Both the position numbers and the translations under genes were made by a program. From NCBI GenBank assembly GCA_950097015.1, contig CATNEN010000007.1:1674001-1738000 (forward strand): a stretch of DNA of 64,000 nucleotides. The letters run 5' to 3'. The notes beneath the pieces were generated by a model. The model was not told where the DNA came from. It ran no database searches and saw only the letters and a program-made list of their open reading frames with translations. Source of the stretch: Macrostomum hystrix (Eukaryota; Animalia; Platyhelminthes). Shown one piece after another: positions 1 to 11,300 of this stretch; the stretch's first letter is position 1; each line of letters begins with the position of its first letter.

Positions 1-278
1 TTGAAAAAAAAAGTTAATACGCAAGCACAGCTAGCTGTAGCCGAGGCTAAAGGCATTTCCATTACTTTTTTTCCCAAAAATGTGCTTCCTAATTCTCTTT
101 CACCCAAAGAAGACAAATAGTTTCGAAATGAAATGATTTCGCAGAAAAGACAGCAGAATGTATTTTTTCTGAAACGATTTTTCAAGATCAAAAAAGGCTT
201 CCTACAGGGAGATAGAATCGATTATAAACTCTTAGAAAAAGTGCGAGTACCAAACGTAAACGCAGTCACGTCACTCAC

Positions 279-3200
279 CTGTAGGTAAAGTAGATCCTAT
301 ACTCCAGCAAAGACTTCAGCAGTAGAACGCACACCTCCGTTAGGCTAGCAACAGCCGCGGCCACAGAGTCATTAGCAACCGTTGGATGTAGCGATACCCG
401 CCGATCGCGATCGGAGAAGGCCCGGCCGTGCTGCCTAACAAAGCCGGCAACGTCGCGATAGATTCGACGCGCTTCATTGGCGGACATCTGGCGCCGGTCC
501 TCGGCCACCCAGCAGCCGGCGAGGTAGGCGACAGCAGATTCTAGGAAATGGCGACGATTGAGACGATCCTCCGCCTGACCACCGCTAGCGGCACTCTCCA
601 ACTGCTGCCTGAGAGATTTGGCTCGTCGGAAAAGCGCCTCTCTGGATTCCTCCTGCCAGCGCTGCTCCATGGCGTCGGCTCTGGCCGACTGAAGCCGCTC
701 CAGTTGAAGCAGCGAGTCGCCAGCCGAAGAGCTGGAGGTAGCCGAAGCTGACGAAGACAATAGCGACGTAGGAGCGGTCGTGGTCGATGCGGCCGCCGCG
801 GCGGCGGCTGCAGCGGCGGCAAGCTCAGCGGAGGACTGTACAGGCGGCACAGCCGCTGTTGGACGCAGAGGCGGCGGTGCCTCCTCAGTCTGGGTAGCCG
901 CCTCTTCGAAGCCGCGGCCAGCTGAAAGAAGAAGCTTCAAATCTAGGAGCAGAGTCAAGCCGTGCGAGTGCTTCACAGCTGAATGATGAGCGCTGGAAAT
1001 CCGGGCCCGTTTAGTAACTGACGGCGAGGGCGATCTGTACGCATTGTTCTCAACATCTGTAGCCGTGGTCCCAGTTGTAGCCGTAGATTCAGCGCGGCGT
1101 CTGCGCCCGTTAGCCTGGGCCGCGCCGGGGAAACGATGCGACAGCGGCGCGTCTTCCGGATCCTCCCAGGCGCTGCTGTACTGGGAGCCGGGTTGAACTG
1201 AACACGGCGGCTAGAAAAATGAAGGATTTTGAATAGGATGCATGCATACTACGGGGCCGCAACTTACCCTATTTTCTGCCTCAGTTGATGCCAGTGCCTA
1301 TTTTGCAGCTGGCTGAACTGAAGCATCAGGGAATTAAGCGTCTTGCTCGAACTGAGGTTCGAACTCGTGACCTCTCGATTGAAATGCCAAGCTCTAACCC
1401 CATGGAGGCTGGTAGCCTATGAAAAGGTAAACTAGGAGCGCAGATACGGAGATCACGAAGGTCAAGGTAAGGGCTAAACTATTTTCTAAGATAATAGAAA
1501 ACTTTTTAGAGGCAGACAGAAACCATTAATGAGTCCAAGAATAAGTGCTTTCCAAATAAACACAAGGACAGTAGGGGTACTTTCTATCTAGAATTAAATG
1601 GCTTAGCAGCATGGCGGTCCGAATACGCAGCGAGGCTCCTACCCAATTCTAACCCATTCTAACGCAACTGCCCCATTTGAACCTGAATTCCACCCAATTA
1701 AATCCTAGCTCTACCCCATTCAAGCCTAACTCTACCCCATTAAATCCTAGCTCTACCCCATTCAAGCCTAACTCTACCTAATTCAAGCCTAACTCTACCC
1801 CATTAAATCCTACCTCTACCCCATTCAAGCCTAACTCTACCTAATTCAAGCCTAGCTCTACCCTATTCAAGCCTACCTCTACCCCATTCAAGCCTACCTC
1901 TACCCCATTCAAGCCTACCTCTACCCCATTCAAGCCTAGCTCTACCCCATTCAAGCCTACCTCTACCCTATTCAAGCCTACCTCTACCCCATTCAAGCCT
2001 ACCTCTACCCCATTCAAGCCTAGCTCTACCCCATTCAAGCCTACCTCTACCCTATTCAAGCCTACCTCTACCCCATTCAAGCCTAGCTCTACCCCATTCA
2101 AGCCTAGCTCTACCCCATTCAAGCCTAACTCTACCCCATTCAAGCCTAACTCTACCTAATTCAAGCCTACCTCTACCCCATTCAAGCCTACCTCTACCCT
2201 ATTCAAGCCTAGCTCTACCCCATTCAAGCCTAGCTCTACCCCATTCAAGCCTACCTCTACCCCATTCAAGCCTACCTCTACCCCATTAAATCCTACCTCT
2301 ACCCCATTCAAGCCTACCTCTACCCCATTAAATCCTACCTCTACCCCATTCAAGCCTACCTCTACCCCATTCAAGCCTACCTCTACTCCATTAAATCCTA
2401 CCTCTACCCCATTAAATCCTACCCCTACCCCATTCAAGCCTAGCTCTACCCCATTCAAGCCTAACTCTACCCCATTAAATCCTACCTCTACCCTATTAAA
2501 TCCTACCTCTACCCCATTCAAGCCTAACTCTACCCCATTCAAGCCTACCTCTACCCCATTCAAGCCTAGCTCTACCCCATTCAAGCCTACCTCTACCCTA
2601 TTCAAGCCTACCTCTACCCCATTCAAGCCTACCTCTACTCCATTAAATCCTACCTCTACCCCATTAAATCCTACCCCTACCCCATTCAAGCCTAGCTCTA
2701 CCCCATTCAAGCCTAACTCTACCCCATTAAATCCTACCTCTACCCTATTAAATCCTACCTCTACCCCATTCAAGCCTAACTCTACCCCATTCAAGCCTAA
2801 CTCTACCCCATTCAAGCCTAGCTCTACCCCATTCAAGCCTATGTCTACCCCATTCAAGCCTAGCTCTACTCCATTAAATCCTACCTCTACCCTATTAAAT
2901 CCTACCTCTACCCCATTCAAGCCTAACTCTACCCCATTCAAGCCTACCTCTACCCCATTCAAGCCTAGCTCTACCCCATTCAAGCCTACCTCTACCCTAT
3001 TCAAGCCTACCTCTACCCCATTCAAGCCTAACTCTACCCCATTCAAGCCTAACTCTACCCCATTCAAGCCTAGCTCTACCCCATTCAAGCCTATGTCTAC
3101 CCCATTCAAGCCTATGTCTACCCCAGCAAAAAACACGCGTTAAAGTACAAAATGCGAGCATACTTATCTGCTTGCCTATATTCTAAATAAGGCTTTCAAA

Positions 3201-4793
3201 TTTTTTCGAAAATAACCGCCAGGGCAAGACAACGTGAACAACGTAAAAGGCCGGGAACCTGTTATTATTTTCTACACTACATGATACTTCTTAGGCCACA
3301 CAGAATAATAATTTGGTCTATGCTAATTTTTTCAGTCCACAACGGACTATAAATAGCCGCCTCCTAGAGTATTTTTATAAAGCTCAGAAAGTTCGCCTGT
3401 TTCTGTGCGACTGATTTATACATTTATTGTAAAAAGTTAAGGCGAGCCAGTTATTCAGTAATGCCATATATTATTCAGCCAACTATACACAGTGAAAAAA
3501 ATCGGGATGCTTATGGAGCAAATAAGATTATAAGTTTTAAAGTTAAGTTTTAACTTGTCGTCGAGAAATGTTTAGGTAGACTCGGTGCTACCTTTATTGC
3601 TAATTATTTTGTCCCGTCTAGACAGTCCAATTCGTTTCCCAACAGAGGGCGGCTCAGGTGGACCACTTTGTGTTCAGTCTCAACACCTGCCCGATAATCA
3701 GTCCAGCCACTAACTACTCCCAATCTCAGTTGAGTCTAGAAGATTCTAGAGAAAGCCAGTTTCTAAGCAAATCAAGGACACTCACAGAAGAGGCGCGGTT
3801 GCCAGCGGCAGTCAGGCGGGCCAATTCAACCTGACGCGCTTCGCTCGCGTAGTCCACATTGTCCAGACAGGCTGGGGAAAACTCTTCCAGGCACGGCAGG
3901 GTGCAGGTTGATTCCGCGTCGGATGCGCAGTCGCCAGCTGGCTCCGGGCTGAGTGGCAGGGGGCGCAGCGGCGGCGAGCGAGCGTCGGCAGCCACTAGGC
4001 GATGACTGCGCCGAAAGAAGCGCAGACAATGCCGCAGCTGGGCCTCCTGCTGCTGGCGCCGTTGCGACGGCTGGGGAGGCGTCGGTGTCGGCTGCCGACT
4101 CGGCTGCTGCTGCTGCTGATAAGGCGACGTTTCCGAGCCGTCCGCAGGCGACCAGCCAAGCGAGCCGCCACAGTTGGAGGTGCGGGCGGATTGGAAGCCC
4201 TGGCTGGAGCCGCCGCCCACTGGAGTGTTGGACGCCGATGCGAAGAGGCCGCCGCCGCTGTTCGGACAGGGAGCCGCCGATGCCGCTCCCATATAGGAAG
4301 AGCTGGGAGTCGAGCTGAGGCGGAAGCAGGACAGGGGATTGGAAAATTATCCTGCCCAAAACATCCCAAATGCCTAAAAATCCTAAAGTAATTGCCGGAT
4401 TGCCGAAACAAAAATGTATAATCTCAATTCAAACTTCTGTCCCTCTCACCTGGAGCAAGCATCGGCCCTATTGCTAGTATTACTATTAGCAGCACCCTTA
4501 GTCGCAGCTCCTGCTGACACACTGGCCGAGGTGGATGCAGTCGAGCGCTGGTTGTAATTGAGATCGTCGCCAATCAGCGGCGACGGCCTAGAAGTGGCCT
4601 GCCGCCTTTGCAGGAACTGCTGCTGCTGCTGCTGTTGCAGGTGCCTGTGATAATTCCTCAGGCTGCTCTCGTGCACACCTGGATAGATTTTGTCTATGGT
4701 AATTCTGTGCATCTTGCAGGCTTTCATGACGGTGTTATAGTCGCCAAATATGGCGCTCATCTGCTCGTGCCATCTGGGATCGCTCAGCGACAT
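279..4793 (-). CDS. AFF4: AF4/FMR2 family (lilliputian/AFF-like) transcription elongation scaffold, 3'-partial
   Basis: Exons 4793-4450, 4314-3786 and 1210-279 join with matching phases at GT-AG sites; the gene continues beyond the window start. N-terminal HEQMSAIFGDYNTVMK resembles the AF4 N-terminal homology motif (RIQxMLGNYxEMK). The C-terminal exon (LFRRAKSLR..HFLESAVAYL..IYRDVAGFVR..LLLKSLLEYRIY) resembles the AF4 C-terminal homology domain. Paralog identity is not resolvable. Confidence 0.7.
1245..1412 (-). mobile_element. tRNA-derived SINE fragment in AFF intron
   Basis: The minus strand has a B-box GAGTTCGAACC (1356-1366) and a downstream CCAGCTGCAAAATAGGCAC motif resembling the core of the SINE at 22103. 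Confidence 0.55.
1680..3125. repeat. 21-bp minisatellite (CCCCATTCAAGCCTAnCTCTA) in AFF intron
   Basis: Direct tandem periodicity of 21 bp; it produces the spurious GLNGVEL ORFs. Confidence 0.97.
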
Positions 4794-6344
4794 GGCTGCC
4801 AGCTCAGGCCTGTGTGGCTACTCCAGTTGGCCTTATAATAGATTGAGGCTGGATGGCAGGCAGCCAAAGATGACAAAGGAAATTGTGGGGCAGATGGAGG
4901 TCCCAATGTATTTAGGGAAGCCTCAGATCAGCTGGAGCACATTTATCACCAAATAAAATTATACATACAAATTTGAGATAAAGGCATTACTAAAAATGTC
5001 CAAATTAACAGTAAGTTCTAAGTAAGTTAGAGGTAGGTTTGATCTAAGTTCCCCATAGATCAAAGGTATTTGAATAACAATTTAGAAGCAAAGAAGAAAA
5101 AATGAAAAAAAATAATTTGCACAAATGGGACTCAAATTCAGATAAACCAATTTTTTTAAAGATGACTACTGCACAGTGGACTAAAGTTTACCGTTGTTCT
5201 ACAAGTTTCACTGCCTAGCTACTATTTTGCTAAGGCCAACGATAAATACTTGGGCATGTATTGCAAGGGTTTTTTGTTAGACTTGTGGTACCATTTGGCA
5301 AATCAGGAATTAGAAGTGGCCAAATTAGAAGTCAATGTGCCAGCTGGCTGGGCTGGCACAAAAAATGAAAAATTATTTAAAATGGTTACTTTTTTAATTT
5401 GTAAAAATGTTTTTCTTTGTCATTTTTGGTTTTTTTTATTTTTCCTTTTATATATTTATAAATACATTTTTTGTCATTCTGATCTTTGATCACTACATTT
5501 CTTTATCTTTATAAAAAACATAGGTACTAGCATTAAAAAAACAGGGTGCAAATTTGGCGCTGGGCCCAGTTGTAATGTACTAAATTTATTTTTGGCAAGC
5601 AATAACACCCATTTTGCTTAAAAAGCCTGTATGAGCCTGTATAAGTGCTAAAGCCTTAAAATAGCATGTATGATTGGTATATACTTGTCTTAAATTTAAT
5701 TCTTGGTTAGCAAATTTAGTGCTCAAGGCTATAGGCCCTAGCACTAATGACTGATAGAGACAAGTTAGAAATTAACTACACTATCATGCAATGCTATTAG
5801 GTTTAATATATAAGAAATTATTTTAGCTATCAAGCCTAAAATTGCCCTATTTGTAGCATTGGAATAAGTTGTAGGCCCAACTTTGTAAACTGTGTCCTAG
5901 GTACTTTTGCTGGTTTTCATGGTACATGACACGTATAATATGCTATATACAATGTACAATGACCCTCACTAGTTCAGGAAACAATAACTTGACTTATCAT
6001 GCTCAAATATTTATAAATTTACATATAGTATGTGCCTAGGGCCTAGTATGATGCCAAGCATGTTATGAAGCTATGAAGTTATGAAGCATGTAAACTGGAG
6101 GAAATCAAAAGCACAATAGAAAGTCATCAAGTTCTAAGAAAAAAGTTGACCTAAACTAGAGTTCTATATCACCCCCCAGGATATGAAGATTGGGCAATGT
6201 TCTACTTCCGTTGGTTAGCCTATATTATTTTTTGTTTGCAAACGACAGATAACAACAAAAAACAAGTTTAACGGTAACAAAAAGTCAGTAGTTTGGTCAG
6301 ACAGTTCTGAAAAGTCTTGGTCAGTCTTTCTTCTTTCAAACCGG

Positions 6345-6510
6345 GTAAGTGCCTAATCCAGTAGAGGAGGGCACCGAAGCTATTTTTGGGGTATAGACAG
6401 CGCCATAAGAACTATTTGAGGTGGCTTTCGAATAGAGCAGCACTCATGCCATGCAATTGACGCAGCTTGGCCTTTGCAAAATCTTCAACTGCAGAATTTC
6501 TGTGCCTTAG
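6345..6510 (-). pseudogene. Degraded Merlin/IS1595-like transposase C-terminal fragment
   Basis: The minus strand reads HRNSAVEDFAKAKLRQLHGMSAALFESHLK*FLWRCLYPKNSFGALLYWI, resembling the Merlin motif HT(N/Q)xIExxWxxxKxxLxxxxG...YLxEFxWR, with an in-frame stop. Confidence 0.5.
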
Positions 6511-8038
6511 CTTCCTGTTCCCCCATATTTGCCAGATTTTGCCTTAGACATAGATCCAAGTGTCAAGTCACGGCAAAGCCACGTCAGCACAACTTTTCAA
6601 ACTCAGAATGCACGTGTGGCATGAATTCAAATGAAAAAATAATTTTATAATGAACGGAAGTATAATATTGCCAAAGATTGCTATGCCAAACTGTCTATGT
6701 TGGGTTGTGCATGACTAAGTTAGTCCCTACTAAGTTAGTTCCCCCACCAGGCTTAGGTTTGGGGCACTATCTTCAGTAGGCCTAGCTGTAAACTTATACT
6801 AGGCCTAATAGGCCTATACTAGGGTAGAATTGTTCCGATTAAAGAAAACTTGATGTATAAATACATATTATAACCTAAACAGCTTATAATTGTACTTTAG
6901 TCTGGACTAAAAATGCAAATATATTTAACTGCCCTTGACCAATCAAGAGTAGGCCTAGACTTGAAAAAAATTGGATTCATAAGATAGCCTATATCAAAGA
7001 AGGGATTCTGGACATATATAGAGGAAAAAGCACCAATAGTAATCACCAGTGAAGATTAAGTATCAAATAATAATACTTAAATGAAACTATTAGACCCAAT
7101 GAACAATAAATCAAGTTACTATACAGTTCAGTCAAAACAGTCACAATTTAGCTAGGCCTAAGCCTTCTTTAACAAGTTAAACTAGCTAGACTACAGTTAG
7201 GGACCAAGCTTTGGAAAAACAATTTTACTATAAGATAAGTAGGAAAATTTTATAATAAAATATAAAAGCAACACCATCTGGTTGTTTGGGTTGATTATAG
7301 AACTACTAGTTATGAAAAGCTATAGGCCTAAACAAGTACACTACAACAGCTGTATTATTAAACCTAACGTTAGAGGCTCCGGTCAGATTGCGAAAATAAG
7401 GCGAAAATAGGTAATAAAAAATACGTCACTAAAAATGATTGTCTTCGGCACATCTTCTAATATCCCAGCTTCTGTTATAAACTGTGTTTTGTCTAAAGCT
7501 TGTTTAGATAATTATGTGCATAACTTTCTTATTAGATGCCTTTGCTTTGTTATACTCGACCAAATTCTTCGTGCTGCGAAATTCAACATTAAAAAGCGAT
7601 CGATGAGATTAAAGATTTTTACAGAATTTATGTATAAAATATAAAAAACTGCTTCTTTAAAACCACTAAAAATGTCTAGAATACTACAACAGAAGATTGA
7701 AATTACTGTCTAATTACTACTGGCACTGCAGATTGCACGCAACCCCGGTAGTGTCAGCATCTTTTGGAATAGTCCTTTTTGTTTTCCCTAACGCGCGTTA
7801 GCATATAAAGTATACTCAACTGTTATAGCTATTTCTAAGGTGTAGCGTAGTGAGAGTTATTTCTTTTTCGTCTAGTAAAATAATTAGAGGTGAGAAATTC
7901 ACGCCTAGACGGTCTGTACCAGCCAGGTCGGTAGACGCCAACCAAACCCCATCAAATGCGACGTCAGTACCGTGCCGGCCAGGTCAATCAGATTGCGATC
8001 CGGCCTCGCTACCCCGGCGAGAAAAGCACCCTAGGGAT

Positions 8039-8266
8039 TGTTGTGTATGCGTCTTGCATGCCGCCTTAGAGTGCGCGTGGCGCGTTTTGATTGGCTGGGG
8101 GTCGGTCCATCCGAACCGGTCTAGGCCGGGACGGGGGATTGTTGCTTACTCTGACTGGCTAAAATATATATTAGTGCGCACAGGCCTTCGGAGGGCTCGC
8201 GTTGCTTTCCAACCTTCTAACCCAGTGCTCCATTCTTCATTTGGCCACGCTGCCTCACACATAACA
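8039..8266 (+). repeat. Gypsy 5' LTR
   Basis: Direct repeat of 17282-17509, with 7 substitutions and 2 single-base indels by manual comparison. Confidence 0.95.
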
Positions 8267-8332
8267 TGGCGACGAGCCTGAGCATTTCCGAGCCACGCGT
8301 GTTTCTCGCCCACCCAGGACAGCCACACACGC

Positions 8333-11300
8333 TGTCTTTACTTCGAGTGAATTAAGAAGCGAAGCGAGTTGAAGTCATGCAATTAATTGAATCTTCGCAG
8401 CAAGAGCCCGTTCATACGGCCAAACCTCAAACGAGACAGAGATCGCAATGGGGGATGACTCACAAAGGCCCAGAGGGCCAGACATTATATTTGAACTTAA
8501 CACTAGCGGCTATAGAGAAGCGATCGATAGTAAGGATAGGGTTAAACCCCGCCTCAGATGTACATAGGCAGACAAAGGAAAGCGACGAAAGGGGGTTGCA
8601 TGGGGTACAATCGTGGAGAGTAGCAGGGGCAGGGGGAAGGAGGGGGGTGCAGCGATAAAGAAAAGAGAGACACAATCAGAGCAAGTACAAACAAGTCGCG
8701 TAACCAAAAGTCGCTACACTCCCCCAAATGACAAAGACTTTGTCATTTCGAGCTCGAACTAAGCATGAACCAATTGAACAAGGGCAACGGAACAAAAAAA
8801 CGACAATTTTGAGAGACTGAAAGGGACACACACAAGTACGAGCAATGACGAAAAATAAATGTGTCCTCCACGAAGATTAAGAAATGACCTACGATTTTAC
8901 GAGTAGATAAATTAGTTGGCCAAATTTAACAAAACTGACAACGACCTAGCCGATAGAAATTATATTGAAATTTACGTTACAAGTACGTTCACGAGTCACG
9001 AGTCCCTCATTAAAATATTGAATGATGATATGATAATTTCCAACCGAGTTGTGACGCAAAAAATAAATGACTGAATGATAACTACCGGGTACAAATGAGG
9101 GTCAGGGAAGCAAAAAATGGTAAGTGAATGAGAACAGATGGAAACGCGATAACAAGAGTCGAGAACAAAAAATGAGCAAAAATTATCAAGGTAGCTGATC
9201 TCGCACCAATGAACAGAACAGAAAGATTTAGAGAAACAGAGATCCGAGACGGAGACGGATTAGATGCACAATTCAAGAGGAATGAGAGCTTGGACAGGCC
9301 GTCTGATGCGCTCAGCCCCCCGAGAGCCCCTTTCCTTCGCCAGACGTACAACTGCGGAACGAACGGCACCATCTCGACCCTCACGGACAGACTCTACCAC
9401 ACCCATCTTCCATTGCAGTCTTGGCTGATGCGGCTCTCCCTGAACCAAAACGACGTCTCCGGGTTTTGCAACTGGTCCTCCTCCATGCGACTTGAGCGCT
9501 TTCTCACGCAGGGCGGTGACATATGACGTTTTCCATACATCCCAAAAAACATTCAACGCTCTTCTGAGATGTTTGAGTCGAGCTGGCAATGGCAGGACGT
9601 TGGCGATACGGTTCGACGAGAGAGTTGGCTCCTGAGTCAACCGAGTTCCGAAGAGAAAGTGCGCAGGCGTCAATACGTCGTTGATCTCATCAGCCGACAC
9701 ATACATAAGTGGTCGACTGTTCACCACAGATTCCATTTCGATAACCGAAATTGATAGCTCATCAAATGTTAGCAGAGCTTTGCCAATGCTCTTTTTCAAT
9801 CCATCCTTAACGATTCCAACGAGTCTTTCCCAAAATCCGCCCCACCACGGGGCCTTCTCCGGAATGAACTCCCAAGAGATTTTCTTGTTGGCACAGAATG
9901 ATTGAACTTCATAGCTGGTGCTAGCTCCGAGAATATTCGCGGCAGCCTTGAACGTCTTGGCATTGTCACTGATGATGGAAGGTATTCCGCGACGACTGAC
10001 AAAACGACGTAATCCATTCAAGAACTGCGATGCGGTCATGTCAGGAAGCAGTTCCAGATGCACTGCGCGAGTCGATGAGCATGTGAGAAGTAGAATGTAC
10101 GCCTTCCGAGATTCACAACCATCCTCCCCCGTCCGATAGAATATCGGACCACAGTAGTCCACGCCGACTGATTGAAAGGGTCGGATGTCGGAAAGGCGAA
10201 ACTCAGGATCTGAGGTACAACGTATGAGCGTCCTTGTACCTTCCTACACACCACACACTTCGATAGTTCTTGCTTAGTTCGTTGACGTCCCTTCAGAATC
10301 CAATATTTTTCACGAACTTTACTAAGCGTTGAGGCAACTCCCCCGTGAGCAACGGACTGATGAGCTTGTCGAATAATGAGCTGCTCCAAGTGACTGTGGC
10401 GAGGTACTAAGATAGGATTATTAACTTCGAAGGACAGTGCGGAAATACGACCTTGTGAACGCAAAAGTCCCTTATCATCTAACCACAGATTCAAGTTCCT
10501 GTTCAGATGTGTTGCAGCAGAGCTACGCCGAATGTGATCGATTTCCTTTGAAAACGATTCCCTTTGAATTGACCTTACCAATAGGACTTCTGCATCAGTC
10601 AACTCTTCGGCGGTCACCGTCCTTGATTTATTGACTAACGATTGAGCTCGAGCACTCCGTAGATTGCGGACAAATCTTTGTACCCATGCTAGGACGCGTA
10701 AAACTCTCGAATAGTTCGAAAACTTGCCGATGTCAATGATTAAAGAGATACGATCGACGTTCTTAGATTCGATGGGCTGTTCAGCGACTGTTGATAGTGC
10801 TTCTGCAGAGTTATGATCTTCCGCGACTGCGCTCGAATGCTTATCTTCAGACGAAACTGGGTAGATGCCTGATCGAAGAAATTCGGGACCACTAAACCAC
10901 ACCTTGTTTTTCTGTAGCTGCCCTGGAAGACAGCCTCGAGATGGCAGGTCGGCGGGTTCAGTTCCCCGGGAACATGTCGCCACTCGGACGTTGACGTGAG
11001 AGTCCGGATCTCCTTAACGCGGTTTTGAACGAAGACTTGGCGAAGCTTGTCGGTGTTGGTGATCCACTGCAGAGTTGTCTTGCTGTCTGTCCAGAGATAA
11101 CGCGTCATGCTGGGAAATTGCAAAGACACCGTGCGTATTAGACGAGCTAAGATTAGGGCTCCCAGCAGTTCTAGTCTAGCGATGCTAAGATTTGATAGCG
11201 GTGCCACGCGCGTTTTGGCCTGAATTAAATGCGTTGAAACGTTGTTTGTTTCCGACCGGGCCTGAATGTAGACACAGGCAGCGTAAGCAGATTCGCTTGC

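Noticed and set aside
1841-3143. Long ORFs of GLNGVEL-type repeats
   Set aside because: Translation of a 21-bp intronic minisatellite that lacks stops by chance.
3826-4411. Alternative frames over AFF exon 2
   Set aside because: Only the 3726-4292 frame matches splice phases at both ends; the others are GC-rich shadow ORFs.
9082-9384. Possible env-like ORF after BEL pol
   Set aside because: Short, overlaps the pol end and 3' UTR, and has no signal peptide, fusion or TM architecture.
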